From the NCBI GenBank assembly GCA_027622665.1, contig JAQBYT010000016.1, positions 1 through 64,000 on the forward strand: DNA of 64,000 nt, in the 5' to 3' direction. Origin of the DNA: Verrucomicrobiota bacterium (GTDB taxonomy: Bacteria > Verrucomicrobiota > Verrucomicrobiia > Opitutales > Seribacteraceae). The position numbers were made by a program, and so were the translations under genes. Below the pieces are notes generated by a model. That model was not told the origin of the DNA, did no database searches, and was given only the letters and a program-made list of their open reading frames with translations. Numbering within the stretch: position 1 is the stretch's first letter; every line of letters begins with the position of its first letter. Positions 39,197 to 48,824 of the stretch are shown in pieces.

Positions 39197-39748
39197 ATGA
39201 AGTTTAAAGAGAAACACTTATTACTAAGTATATTTCTACTCTTTTGGTCTTTTGCTAGTTGCTTTGAACAGACAGCCGATATCTCTATCCCTAAAGGTTA
39301 TGACTCCAATCAAATATCCTTTAAATACCCGAAGAACTGGGAAATTACCCAAGATTACTATACCCCTGCGGTTCATAATCTTTTCGTAGAAACTGCTGGC
39401 GACGCATTGGTTATCTTACAATCATATCAGTCAGACCTAGCTGAAGATCTGGAATCTTTCTCAAAAAGTTTTTCAGAAAGTTCACGGACAGATACTCCGG
39501 TTGGCGAAGCTTCATTGGGTCATGAATTTGAAAATATCCCAAAGGAAGGGGGATATGAATGGATACGGGAGCAATTCGAGATTTCCTTACTTGGCGTATC
39601 CGTTCCTCATAGGAGAATTTACGGAACCAAGAAAATTGCCGATCGACAAATTTTCCTCATTTTTCAAGTTGCAACTGAGGATTACTCAAAAGCAGAGCCT
39701 GGCTTTCGTTTAATTAGGGATACCCTAAGAGAATCCAAGACGAATTAG
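39197..39748 (+). CDS. Hypothetical exported protein/lipoprotein (PsbP-like fold possible)
   Basis: Signal with FASC, ISFKYPKNW motif; AT-richer than neighbours. Confidence 0.55.
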   Translation: MKFKEKHLLLSIFLLFWSFASCFEQTADISIPKGYDSNQISFKYPKNWEITQDYYTPAVHNLFVETAGDALVILQSYQSDLAEDLESFSKSFSESSRTDTPVGEASLGHEFENIPKEGGYEWIREQFEISLLGVSVPHRRIYGTKKIADRQIFLIFQVATEDYSKAEPGFRLIRDTLRESKTN

Positions 39749-39751
39749 CGT

Positions 39752-40567
39752 CTATCCGCGGGATTTTCCTCCGGAAATATTGACCGTGGTTCCGTGCAGG
39801 TAGGAAGCACGATCGGAGGCAAGAAAAACAACTAAATCCGAAACCTCAGAAAGTTTTCCGCTTCGACCTAAGGGTATGGAAGATCCATCCTTGGAACGCA
39901 ATTCCTCCACCGAGATTCCACGTGTGTATGCAAGAGATTCCTCATAGGTATCACTTCTCATGCTCGTGGCCTCCATGATTCCCGGGGCTACTCCCACGAC
40001 TCGAATACCCTTGTTCCCTAGCTCCTTGGCCCACGAACGGGTAAGGTTTTGGTTGGCCGCCTTGGTCGCAGCATAAACGCTTTGGCCTTCACTTCCCTCC
40101 ATGCCGGATTCGGAAGACATGTTGATTAGCACTCCGCCTTTTCCATCAGCCAACATAGCTCGAGCAGCTGCTTGGGCACAGAGAAACTGCCCCTTTACGT
40201 TGACGGCGAAAACCTTGTCCCAGATTTCCTCGGTCAGTTCCTCCTTGCCGGTGGGGTCAACGAGGAGACGGGGAACGTTAATGCCGGCATTGTTTACGAG
40301 GACGTCGAGACGCCCGAAACGCTCGACTGCGGTGGCCACCATATTCTCTACGTCAGCCTTGGAAGTAACGTCGCAGCGAACGAAAACAGCTTCACCGGAG
40401 CCAAGGGAAGAAATTTCCTCGATTGCCTGAGCTCCTTGTTCCTCGGCGAAGTCAGCCAGAATAACGTTGGCCCCGACTTCGGCGAAGCCCTTGGCTACTG
40501 CAAGACCGATTCCGCAAGCGCCACCCGTGATTGCTACGTTTTTTTCAGCTAGGTTTGTCCAGTTCAT
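39752..40567 (-). CDS. SDR oxidoreductase, sorbitol-6-phosphate 2-dehydrogenase-like
   Basis: TGGACGIG, NNAGINVPRLLVDP, SSESG.EGSEGQS.YAATK, SWAKELG, YEE.LAYTRG as in Firmicute-type SrlD/GutD. Confidence 0.8.
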   Translation of the reverse strand: MNWTNLAEKNVAITGGACGIGLAVAKGFAEVGANVILADFAEEQGAQAIEEISSLGSGEAVFVRCDVTSKADVENMVATAVERFGRLDVLVNNAGINVPRLLVDPTGKEELTEEIWDKVFAVNVKGQFLCAQAAARAMLADGKGGVLINMSSESGMEGSEGQSVYAATKAANQNLTRSWAKELGNKGIRVVGVAPGIMEATSMRSDTYEESLAYTRGISVEELRSKDGSSIPLGRSGKLSEVSDLVVFLASDRASYLHGTTVNISGGKSRG

Positions 40568-40602
40568 GCTACGAAGAGAGAAGTTGTACAAGGATGGTAG
40601 GT

Positions 40603-42411
40603 TTAAGAAAGGTCAAGCGGGTAAGGTTTATCGTAGCCTGTGTAGAGAGCTTGCTCGACCTCACGCGACCAAACCTCGCCGTTAGTTCTGAGAACTTGGG
40701 CGGCTAGTTCGAGTGCGGTTCGCACAGGTTTTTCGGCATTCTCTGCAGCGGCATCAAAAGCCGCAGCGGAAACCTCAACGTAGGGAATATCGGGCAGCTC
40801 GGTGAAGGCAAAAAATGAGCCGAATGGTTGCTCGCTCTCTACTTTTTCCATCATTACGGGAACGTGACGAAGACCGCACACACCCTTGACCATCCAGTCG
40901 AAGTCCACGGGTTTCTGAGCCTGCTGAACCATATCGTCGGAATGGGGCTCCGAAGTATTGGTCATGTGCCAAGGAACGTTGGAACCGCAAATTTGATGAC
41001 GGGAAACATAATGAGCGTGCCGAGAGCCGATGGGGACGACCAGATCGCCATCTATAAAATTGACCGCTGCCGATCGCGCGAGACGCCCTTCGACTTTGCG
41101 GTAAAGGGCGGCGGCCTCTTCGCCGGTTGAAGCGATGAACACGTCGGTGTATGTGGAGGCTTCGGTCAATGAACGTAAGTTTCGATCGGATAAATCGTCT
41201 CCCGGGACATGGGCCTCCGTACCTCCCGGTAGGGCTTTCAGATAAGCGTCTACACGTTCTGGTTGCCCATCGAAGCCAAGAAGAGCGACGCGAGGTTCCT
41301 TGTCGAGACCTCGATGGCGACGAGGGTCGTTAGGACCGAGGTTGTGATGCATCGCCCCTATTTGGGCAGTGACCTCCTCGGCGATGGAAGCAAAACCGGG
41401 AGCATGCGCAACGCTCATAGGCAGAAGGAGGTCTGGGTCGGAAGCTCCTGCATAACTGTTGAGATTGCCCCCATCGGCAATGATTTCACAAGCTTGATCG
41501 TAGGTTGCCTGGGAAGCGTAATTCGTCCAGATCACCTCGGATTTACCAAATTCGGTGAGCTTGGAAATGATTTCCGGGTCGCTCCGGTCAATCAAGACGA
41601 CGCGACTACCTCGACGACGGAGGTCACGAATGAGGGCGTACTCCTCCATATCGGCAAGCTTTCCGGGAGAACCTGTAATATAAACGACGGATGGAAGTTC
41701 GTCATCGGGAACGGCAGCCACGATGGTGAGGTTTATCATCGCCATGCGGGCAGTACCCGACAGATAGGCAACTGTGGCTCGGGGGGGCACTCCATAGCGA
41801 AACTCACCGTCCGAACCGATTGTGAACACATGCTTGTTGGTACCGTAGTTGCAAGCGAATGGCTCGGCATGAGCAAGTGAAACAAGGCTTATGTCCGGAT
41901 GATGCCCAACCTTGTTGAAGAGATTCCCAAAGCCTTGTTGCTTCAAAAAGGCGGGAGCGGAACCCGGCACGGCGTTGAAAGCACGTAGGCCGCCGAGATG
42001 ACGGTAGGAGTAACCAAGTGCGGCGAGAACACCATCGGAGGCCGGAGCAAATGTTGAAGGGTCGATCGGTTCGCTCGAATGGCCGGGCGTGACGACAACG
42101 AGATCCCCGGGAACAAAACCTGAATCCTCGGGAGCTTGCAGGACAAGCTGAAGGGTCTCATGTCCAAGAGCTATTTGATTCACACCGTGCGGCACCCGGG
42201 CATGAGCGTCGAACTGGCGGATGGCCTTGGCGTCGGAAGCGCAACGACAATTACCAAAACCGGCGAGGACAAAACCGTTGCCGTCGAAAGCGGAAGCGGG
42301 AAGCTCATCGGAAAGAAGTCGTATCTCGTTGGGGCCTGTAAGAAAAATACCCTGATGTTCTAGTCGGGCGTTTTCAAGTAGATCGGCGGCTCGTTCTTGT
42401 CTGGATGGCAT
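40603..42411 (-). CDS. Divergent, extended MDR-family protein resembling L-sorbose-1-phosphate reductase (SorE)
   Basis: C.SD.K, H.RVP, LGHE, GYSY..GG, AEP.AC, NLN..AG motifs; 602 aa. Confidence 0.6.
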   Translation of the reverse strand: MPSRQERAADLLENARLEHQGIFLTGPNEIRLLSDELPASAFDGNGFVLAGFGNCRCASDAKAIRQFDAHARVPHGVNQIALGHETLQLVLQAPEDSGFVPGDLVVVTPGHSSEPIDPSTFAPASDGVLAALGYSYRHLGGLRAFNAVPGSAPAFLKQQGFGNLFNKVGHHPDISLVSLAHAEPFACNYGTNKHVFTIGSDGEFRYGVPPRATVAYLSGTARMAMINLTIVAAVPDDELPSVVYITGSPGKLADMEEYALIRDLRRRGSRVVLIDRSDPEIISKLTEFGKSEVIWTNYASQATYDQACEIIADGGNLNSYAGASDPDLLLPMSVAHAPGFASIAEEVTAQIGAMHHNLGPNDPRRHRGLDKEPRVALLGFDGQPERVDAYLKALPGGTEAHVPGDDLSDRNLRSLTEASTYTDVFIASTGEEAAALYRKVEGRLARSAAVNFIDGDLVVPIGSRHAHYVSRHQICGSNVPWHMTNTSEPHSDDMVQQAQKPVDFDWMVKGVCGLRHVPVMMEKVESEQPFGSFFAFTELPDIPYVEVSAAAFDAAAENAEKPVRTALELAAQVLRTNGEVWSREVEQALYTGYDKPYPLDLS

Positions 42412-42430
42412 TTTTATAAAAAGTTAAAAT

Positions 42431-42709
42431 TCAAACCTGAGGAGGAGCATCGGAATAGAACAAGTCATCCAGACTATCCCACGCACCCGGAGCTCCGGGA
42501 AGAGATAATCGCCGGGTAGTCATTACATTCCCCATGTCGCGAAGGTCATCGCACCCGATTCCCTTGATATTATCACCAAGGGTTCGAGCATGAATAATGT
42601 ACTTGGCGGTCATCTCGAGAAGATCCGTGCACATCTGAGCCCACTTTATATCCCATGGAGTAAGAAATACGTAACCATGATTTTCCATCAGAAAGGAATA
42701 TGACGAATC
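42431..42709 (-). pseudogene. C-terminal remnant of a class II aldolase/adducin-family gene
   Basis: SFLMENHG followed by LE.TAK....AR.LG; in-frame TGA only 7 codons upstream of the ATG, so N-terminal HxH metal motif is missing. Confidence 0.6.
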
Positions 42710-42721
42710 TCACCGGAATGG

Positions 42722-45178
42722 CTACACCCCTTCCCGGTTGCGACGCACCAGTTCCCCGTTGGTCGGGTTGGTGGTGAGTTTGTGACCATCCAGAGGGACA
42801 ATGCGTTCATGGATCGCATCAAGAATCCAGTTTGGTTGAGGGAAGAAATCTTCCTCCACCTCAGCTCCGGGAGTAATCCAGTTTCGGGACCCGACGACCA
42901 CGGGCGGAGCGTCCAAGTAATCGAATGCGAGCTGGCTCAAGTTGTTAGCAATGTCCTGCATGACTGATCCTCGCTCACAAGCGTCGGAAGATAAAACGAC
43001 CCTGCCCGTCCGCTTAACCGATTCCACCAATGGTTCGTAGTCGAGTGGATTGATGGAGCGACAATCAAAGACATCGCAACTCATGCCATAACGTTCCTGT
43101 AATTGGTCGGCGGCTTCGAGTGCTCGGTAGAGGGTGGCGCCAACGGTAATCATCGTAAGATCGGTGCCCGAACGACGCTTGGCGGGAGGCCCAATGGGTA
43201 TCTCGTAGTAATCAGCGGGCACCTCGGGTTCGAAAAGTTCGCCAATGTCGTACAGCCGCTGACTCTCGAAGAAAATAACCGGATCGCTTCCGGCCAAGGC
43301 TGTATTCAAAAGCCCCTTGGCGTCATAAGGAGTGGAAGGGAAAACAACCTTCAGACCTGGAATATGACTTACGATGGCACACCAGTCCTGCGAATGCTGG
43401 GCACCATATTTGGAACCAACCGAAACCCGCAAAACCACGGGCATCTCGAGAATCCCCGCACTCATGCTCTGCCATTTGGCAAGCTGGTTAAAAATCTCGT
43501 CGCCCGCTCGGCCAATGAAATCGCAATACATCAACTCGATCAAGGCTCGGCCACCTTCCAGGGCGTAACCGACTGCAGTTCCCACGATCGCGGCTTCCGA
43601 AATAGGAGAGTTGAAAAGGCGGTGATAGGGCAAGGACTCGGTAAGACCGCGGTAACAAGCAAAGGCGCCACCCCAGTCCCGATTCTCTTCGCCATAGGCA
43701 ATCAGAGTGGGATCATTTTCAAACCGATGAAGCACGGCCTCAAAAATGGCGTCGCGATATTGAAAGACCTTGTTTTTCGAGACAGGTTTACCGTCAACGA
43801 CTCCCGCCCGCGACTTTTTGGCGAGGGCTTGGACGCGCGGGTTTTCGTCATGGGCAAGCAGTAGCTCAGGCTTTCGCGATTCATCATAGCTCTCGCAGCG
43901 ACGATTGGAAAACATGAGCTCTCCGATTTTCTCTGATGGAATACGCGGAGACACCTCCAGATCCGTGGCAAGTCGGCAGACTTTAGCCATGGCCGTTCTC
44001 GTTTTCTCAATCAAGGCATCACGGGCCGCATCATCAAGTACGCCGACCCTTTTCAATTCGGCGGAAAAACTATCCAAAGGATCGACGGATTGCCACGCCT
44101 CGATCTCCTCCTTCATCCGGTAAGAGGATGCATCCGAGGGAGAGTGCCCGGAAAATCGATAGGTAATTGTCTCAAGGAGTACCGGACCGTCTCCCTTCTC
44201 CAACACCTCTCGCTTGCGCTTGATTGCATCGACAACCGCAAGCGGATTGTAGCCATCCACGCGCTCGGAGTGCATGGCATCCGGGTTCACACCTGCGCCC
44301 ACTCGAGAAAGCATGTCGAATGCCATGGTCTCGCCCGCAGTCTGGCCACCCATGCCATAAAAATTGTTCATGAAGTTGAAGATGATTGGCAATCCTCCGC
44401 GCAAGGATTCATCCCAAAGCTCATGAAACTGCCTCATGCCGGCAAAATTCATAGCTTCCCAAGTTGGTCCGCAACCCATGGAGGCATCACCGATATTGGC
44501 AATAACGAGACCATTCTTCCGGTTGACTTTCTTGAATAAGGCGGAACCAGTCGCTATATCGGCCGAACCGCCAACGATAGCATTGTTCGGAAAAACCCCA
44601 AAAGGAGTGAAGAAGGCATGCATGGAACCACCAAGGCCTCGATTGAACCCGGAAGCCCGAGCAAAGATTTCCGCCAAGGCTCCGTAGAGAAGAAAATCCC
44701 GGGCCAAATCCTTTACGCTCCCTCCTGAGGTTTCCTTTTCTACGACCCTTAGGCAGTCTCCACCGAGAAAGTCTTCCATCACGACCTGTAATTGAGCATC
44801 GTCGATTTTGCGAATAGCTGATGCTCCCTTGGCGAGAATCTCCCCATGCGAGCGGTGCGAGCCGAAGACATGGTCGTCCGGTCCCAGCAGAAAAGCCTGA
44901 CCGACGGCTGCGGCTTCTTGCCCGATGGATAAGTGAGCGGGGCCCTTGTGATCGTATTCGATTCCCTGATAGATTCCCTGCGTCTTTATCTCCTGCAGCA
45001 TGTTCTCAAACTCTCGAATGAGAAACATATCCTCATAAATACCAACGAGAGCTTCGGGCCCGTAGCTTTCCAGCTCATCCTCAATCGTTCCGGAATATTG
45101 GTTAAGAGGAATATCAGGGCAAGTCAGTTTCCCTGTTTTGCGTTCCTTTTGCGGTTCGATGATTTGCGACTTAGGCAT
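42722..45178 (-). CDS. TPP-dependent dehydrogenase E1, fused alpha+beta (acetoin/2-oxoacid dehydrogenase family)
   Basis: [16 protein letters not shown]...EAMN...[15 protein letters not shown]...YR; beta half [33 protein letters not shown]. Confidence 0.92.
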   Translation of the reverse strand: MPKSQIIEPQKERKTGKLTCPDIPLNQYSGTIEDELESYGPEALVGIYEDMFLIREFENMLQEIKTQGIYQGIEYDHKGPAHLSIGQEAAAVGQAFLLGPDDHVFGSHRSHGEILAKGASAIRKIDDAQLQVVMEDFLGGDCLRVVEKETSGGSVKDLARDFLLYGALAEIFARASGFNRGLGGSMHAFFTPFGVFPNNAIVGGSADIATGSALFKKVNRKNGLVIANIGDASMGCGPTWEAMNFAGMRQFHELWDESLRGGLPIIFNFMNNFYGMGGQTAGETMAFDMLSRVGAGVNPDAMHSERVDGYNPLAVVDAIKRKREVLEKGDGPVLLETITYRFSGHSPSDASSYRMKEEIEAWQSVDPLDSFSAELKRVGVLDDAARDALIEKTRTAMAKVCRLATDLEVSPRIPSEKIGELMFSNRRCESYDESRKPELLLAHDENPRVQALAKKSRAGVVDGKPVSKNKVFQYRDAIFEAVLHRFENDPTLIAYGEENRDWGGAFACYRGLTESLPYHRLFNSPISEAAIVGTAVGYALEGGRALIELMYCDFIGRAGDEIFNQLAKWQSMSAGILEMPVVLRVSVGSKYGAQHSQDWCAIVSHIPGLKVVFPSTPYDAKGLLNTALAGSDPVIFFESQRLYDIGELFEPEVPADYYEIPIGPPAKRRSGTDLTMITVGATLYRALEAADQLQERYGMSCDVFDCRSINPLDYEPLVESVKRTGRVVLSSDACERGSVMQDIANNLSQLAFDYLDAPPVVVGSRNWITPGAEVEEDFFPQPNWILDAIHERIVPLDGHKLTTNPTNGELVRRNREGV

Positions 45179-45237
45179 AATTCAAATGGTTGCGGTAAAA
45201 TAAAGGTAAGATGGAACAAAGAGAGGGGTACGAGGCA

Positions 45238-46584
45238 TCAGCGGACTGCCATGAACACGTCCTTGATTATTTCGGAGGCGGTCGGGTGCGGGAAAACGAT
45301 CTCTTCGATTTCTTTTTCGCGAAGCTCCGTTTCGAGCATTACGGCAGCGCCAAAAATCATTTCGGAACAAGCACCTCCAATCATATGAACACCTAGAAGG
45401 CGGCGCGTACCTTTCTCCACCACGACCTTGCACAAACCGGATTCGTCGGGATGCTCCGCCAAGTAACGGGCGTTGATGCCCATCGGGATTTTTCCCGTAG
45501 TCACTTTAAGTCCGCGTTCTTCCGCCTGCTCCTTGGTCAGTCCGACCACGGCGACTTCAGGATTGGTATAGATTACAGCCGGGATGGCGTCGTACCTCAT
45601 GCGATCTTCTCGACCCGTAAGGTTGTGGACGACCACCTCCGCCATACGACTCGCGGCATGGGCCAACCAAGCTCGTCCCGTGACGTCGCCTGCCGCCCAA
45701 ATACCCGGAACGTTCGTGGCGCCGCGATCATTTACGCGAATACCACCGCGCTCGTCGACGTCGACTCGCAAATCCTCAAGACCGAGTCCGGATACGTTGG
45801 GCTTACGCCCTGTGGCAACCAGAACAACGTCCCCGGGGACGGACTGAGTTTCTCCGTCGAGCGTAAACTTGACCTCCTTGTCCCCGATCTCATCCACTTT
45901 CGCACCCAGTCGAAAAGTAATGTTTTTCTTTTCCAGTTCCTTACGGAGGACGGAAGCCACTTCGGGATCCACTCCGGGACAAATCTCGGGAAGAGCTTCT
46001 ATAACGGTCACGGGTACACCGACCGAGCCGAACACACATGCAAATTCACAGCCAATCACGCCACCGCCAACAATCACCAACCGCTCGGGCAATTCAGGCA
46101 ATTCTAGAATGCCCGAGGAATCGACCACATGATCTGCATCAATGCCGGGAATAGGAGGTTTGGCAGGAGAAGACCCTGTACAGATCAAGACATTGTCGGC
46201 CTCGTGAGTTTCTCCATCCACCGTAACCGCAGGTCCGGCGGACAGGGTGGCTCGTCCGAAAACAACTTCCACCTTGTGCTTCTTCATAAGACCCGCAATG
46301 CCATCACGCATCCGATCCATTACCCGATTCTTATGGGCATGGGCCTTGCCCAAGTTGAAACGAACGCCATCGGCTTCCACGCCGAAGATTTCCCCATGCA
46401 AGGTATGGTGGTAGGTTTTCGCGGCCTGCAACAGGGTCTTGGATGGCACGCAACCTTCGTTCAGACAAACTCCACCGAGCTTCTTTCCTTCCACCAAGAG
46501 GACTTTCAGTCCATTCCCGGCGGCCTTTTTTGCGGCAACGTAACCGGCAGGGCCGGCGCCAATGATAGCCAAATCGTATTTCAC
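45238..46584 (-). CDS. lpdA: Dihydrolipoyl dehydrogenase (E3)
   Basis: GAGPAGY, GGVCLNEGCVPSK, GGGVIG.E, HPTASE. Confidence 0.93.
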   Translation of the reverse strand: MKYDLAIIGAGPAGYVAAKKAAGNGLKVLLVEGKKLGGVCLNEGCVPSKTLLQAAKTYHHTLHGEIFGVEADGVRFNLGKAHAHKNRVMDRMRDGIAGLMKKHKVEVVFGRATLSAGPAVTVDGETHEADNVLICTGSSPAKPPIPGIDADHVVDSSGILELPELPERLVIVGGGVIGCEFACVFGSVGVPVTVIEALPEICPGVDPEVASVLRKELEKKNITFRLGAKVDEIGDKEVKFTLDGETQSVPGDVVLVATGRKPNVSGLGLEDLRVDVDERGGIRVNDRGATNVPGIWAAGDVTGRAWLAHAASRMAEVVVHNLTGREDRMRYDAIPAVIYTNPEVAVVGLTKEQAEERGLKVTTGKIPMGINARYLAEHPDESGLCKVVVEKGTRRLLGVHMIGGACSEMIFGAAVMLETELREKEIEEIVFPHPTASEIIKDVFMAVR

Positions 46585-47930
46585 TTAGATGATTCTCCTA
46601 TTTTGTTTGCGGCGGGATCGCCGGAATAATTTTCCAAAGTCTCGACCAAGTCCTTCAGGAAGCGAGCTGCAGGAGCACCGTCTATGGCTTGGTGATCCAT
46701 GGTCAAGCTGAGGGCAATGCTGTCGACAAAATTCACTTCTCCAGTTTCTCCGCGGACAGGACGAATAGAAATGCCGCCCACGCCGAGGATCGCCACCTCG
46801 GGAATATTCAGAACGGGCGTAAAGTGCTCCACTCCCAACATCCCGAGATTGGTCAAGGTGAAGGTGCCGCCGGTCAATTGATCTGGCTGGATGGTGCCTT
46901 CCCGGCATTCCTCGGCCAAGCCACGAATACCAGCGGACAAATTGTCAAGAGACAGGCAACATGCCTTGCTCAAGACAGGAACCATCAGGCCGCGATCGGT
47001 GTCTACGGCGGTTCCTAAACTCACTTTCTCGAAACGAGCTATGCGATCACCCAGGAAATGGGCGTTAAGATCGGGATGTCGCAAAAGAGTGTGGATCAAC
47101 GCGTGAGAAATCACGTCATTGAGAGAAACCTTCGGTTCTCCCGATTCCTTGCGAGCCTTGCGAAACGCTTGGGCTGCGGTAACGTCAAAGGCTGCATGCA
47201 AAGTGAGCTGGGCAGTATTCCCCAGAGACTGCATCATACGGTCAGCAATGACCTTACGAATACCCTTCACGGGGACGACCTCGGCGCCATCGATCGATCC
47301 CGGTTCTCGCATGTCGGAAGCCAAGGCCATGCCGGACAAACCTCCTCCATGGACGGGTGGTTCCAGTCCACCTTCGCGGGCAAGCGCCGAGGCGGATGCG
47401 CTCAGTCGCGGCGTGCCCTCCAATGCTCCTTGCACGTCCCGCTCGATAACGCGTCCGCCGGGTCCTGTTCCAAGAAGAGAATCCGGATCAATACCCGATC
47501 GCATGGCAAGTTGTCGCGCCCGTGGGCTGACACCTGCAACCGACCCCTCAGCCGCCGACACGGGAGAAGCAACGGTCCCGACCGAAGCGGCGGGAACCGA
47601 GGTTTCCGAAATCGCAGGACTGGAGGTAGAATCTACCGAAGGTCCGGATGAGGCAGCTTCCGTTACAGGCCTAAAACCGGACGCATCCTCACCCTCATCT
47701 CCGATCACCGTGACGTTTGCGAGAACGGGAACGTCGTCGTCGGCTTCCCAAAACAAATCAAGAACCGTACCGGCAACAGGAGATTCCAGATCAAAACTCG
47801 CCTTGTCCGTCTCAATGACGGCGAGCACCGAGCCTTCCTCCACTTGATCACCCGGAGCGACCTTCCATTCGGTCAAGATACAACTTTCCACCGACTGACC
47901 TTGTCGAGGCATAATAACAGGAGTAGCCAT
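46581..47930 (-). CDS. Dihydrolipoamide acyltransferase (E2)
   Basis: Lipoyl domain ETDKAS, E3-binding SPRAR..GTGPGGRV, GGTFTLTNLG, DHQAIDG. Confidence 0.92.
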   Translation of the reverse strand: MATPVIMPRQGQSVESCILTEWKVAPGDQVEEGSVLAVIETDKASFDLESPVAGTVLDLFWEADDDVPVLANVTVIGDEGEDASGFRPVTEAASSGPSVDSTSSPAISETSVPAASVGTVASPVSAAEGSVAGVSPRARQLAMRSGIDPDSLLGTGPGGRVIERDVQGALEGTPRLSASASALAREGGLEPPVHGGGLSGMALASDMREPGSIDGAEVVPVKGIRKVIADRMMQSLGNTAQLTLHAAFDVTAAQAFRKARKESGEPKVSLNDVISHALIHTLLRHPDLNAHFLGDRIARFEKVSLGTAVDTDRGLMVPVLSKACCLSLDNLSAGIRGLAEECREGTIQPDQLTGGTFTLTNLGMLGVEHFTPVLNIPEVAILGVGGISIRPVRGETGEVNFVDSIALSLTMDHQAIDGAPAARFLKDLVETLENYSGDPAANKIGESSK

Positions 47931-47954
47931 ACGTTCGTTCCTTTTCGCTTTGTT

Positions 47955-48710
47955 TTAGGCCAAGCGAACCTTCAAACCCCGCTTGCGCAGAGCTCGGGCA
48001 GTCTTGGCCGGAAAATTTTTGTCACTAATCAAAATGTCAACGCTCTCCAGGTCGCTCACTCGAGCAAAGGAAATCTTTCCCGCCTTCCGAGCATCGGCCA
48101 AAAGAATCACTTGCCGGGCATGCTCTTGAACGAGGGACTTGGTAAAAGCTTCGTTGGGATCCGTCGTGGTGAGACCATCATCGATGGAAAGCCCCATCGT
48201 ACCCATGAAGGCCTTATCCAAACGCACCTGACCGAGGAGGACTCGGGTAAGCGGTCCCACCATGGTTTGACTCAACCGACGAAGTTCGCCGCCGGTAAGA
48301 ATCACCCGAGGACCGGATTCCGCCAACTCCGCCGCGGCTCGAAGAGAATTTGTAACCACCGTAAGATCGGTCCGTCCCGCAAGTAAACGGGCCAGTTCCA
48401 GAACGGTGCTGCCACCATCGAGGTAAATCGAATCACCTGTACCTATAAGCTTGAAGGCTTCCTCGGCGATTAGGCGCTTTTCCTTTAGAGCGAGGTTCGC
48501 CTTGTCGTCGAACACCTCTTCTTCCAATCGACTCTCCATGCTGACCGCTCCGCCATGCACCCGTCGGATACGCCCCTCTTCCTCCAAGGCTTCCAAATCA
48601 CGACGCACGGTTGCAACCGAAACCTTAAGGTCGGATTTCAAATCCTCGACCCGAGCAACGCCGGCCTTGCGAATGAGGTTTCTCATACGCTCACGCCTTT
48701 CGGGTGCCAA
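47955..48710 (-). CDS. DeoR/GlpR family transcriptional repressor
   Basis: LAPERR (TTG at 48710 likely start), VSVATVRRDL, RVHGGA, LDGGST, VVTNS. Confidence 0.93.
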   Translation of the reverse strand: MAPERRERMRNLIRKAGVARVEDLKSDLKVSVATVRRDLEALEEEGRIRRVHGGAVSMESRLEEEVFDDKANLALKEKRLIAEEAFKLIGTGDSIYLDGGSTVLELARLLAGRTDLTVVTNSLRAAAELAESGPRVILTGGELRRLSQTMVGPLTRVLLGQVRLDKAFMGTMGLSIDDGLTTTDPNEAFTKSLVQEHARQVILLADARKAGKISFARVSDLESVDILISDKNFPAKTARALRKRGLKVRLA

Positions 48711-48737
48711 GTCTGCTCTAACTTCAAGAATCACAAA

Positions 48738-48777
48738 TGATTGGTTTTGATCGTTTTTGATCGTTTTTGAAAGAAAA
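48738..48777. promoter_or_regulatory. Four phased 10-bp direct repeats; probable DeoR operator
   Basis: TGATTGGTTT TGATCGTTTT TGATCGTTTT TGAAAGAAAA immediately upstream of the DeoR gene; resembles the (TGAWWGWTTT)4 FruR-type operator. Confidence 0.7.
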
Positions 48778-48824
48778 GCAATCAAGAAACCGTAGTTTTT
48801 CGTTACGGAAAAAACGAAAGCCAG

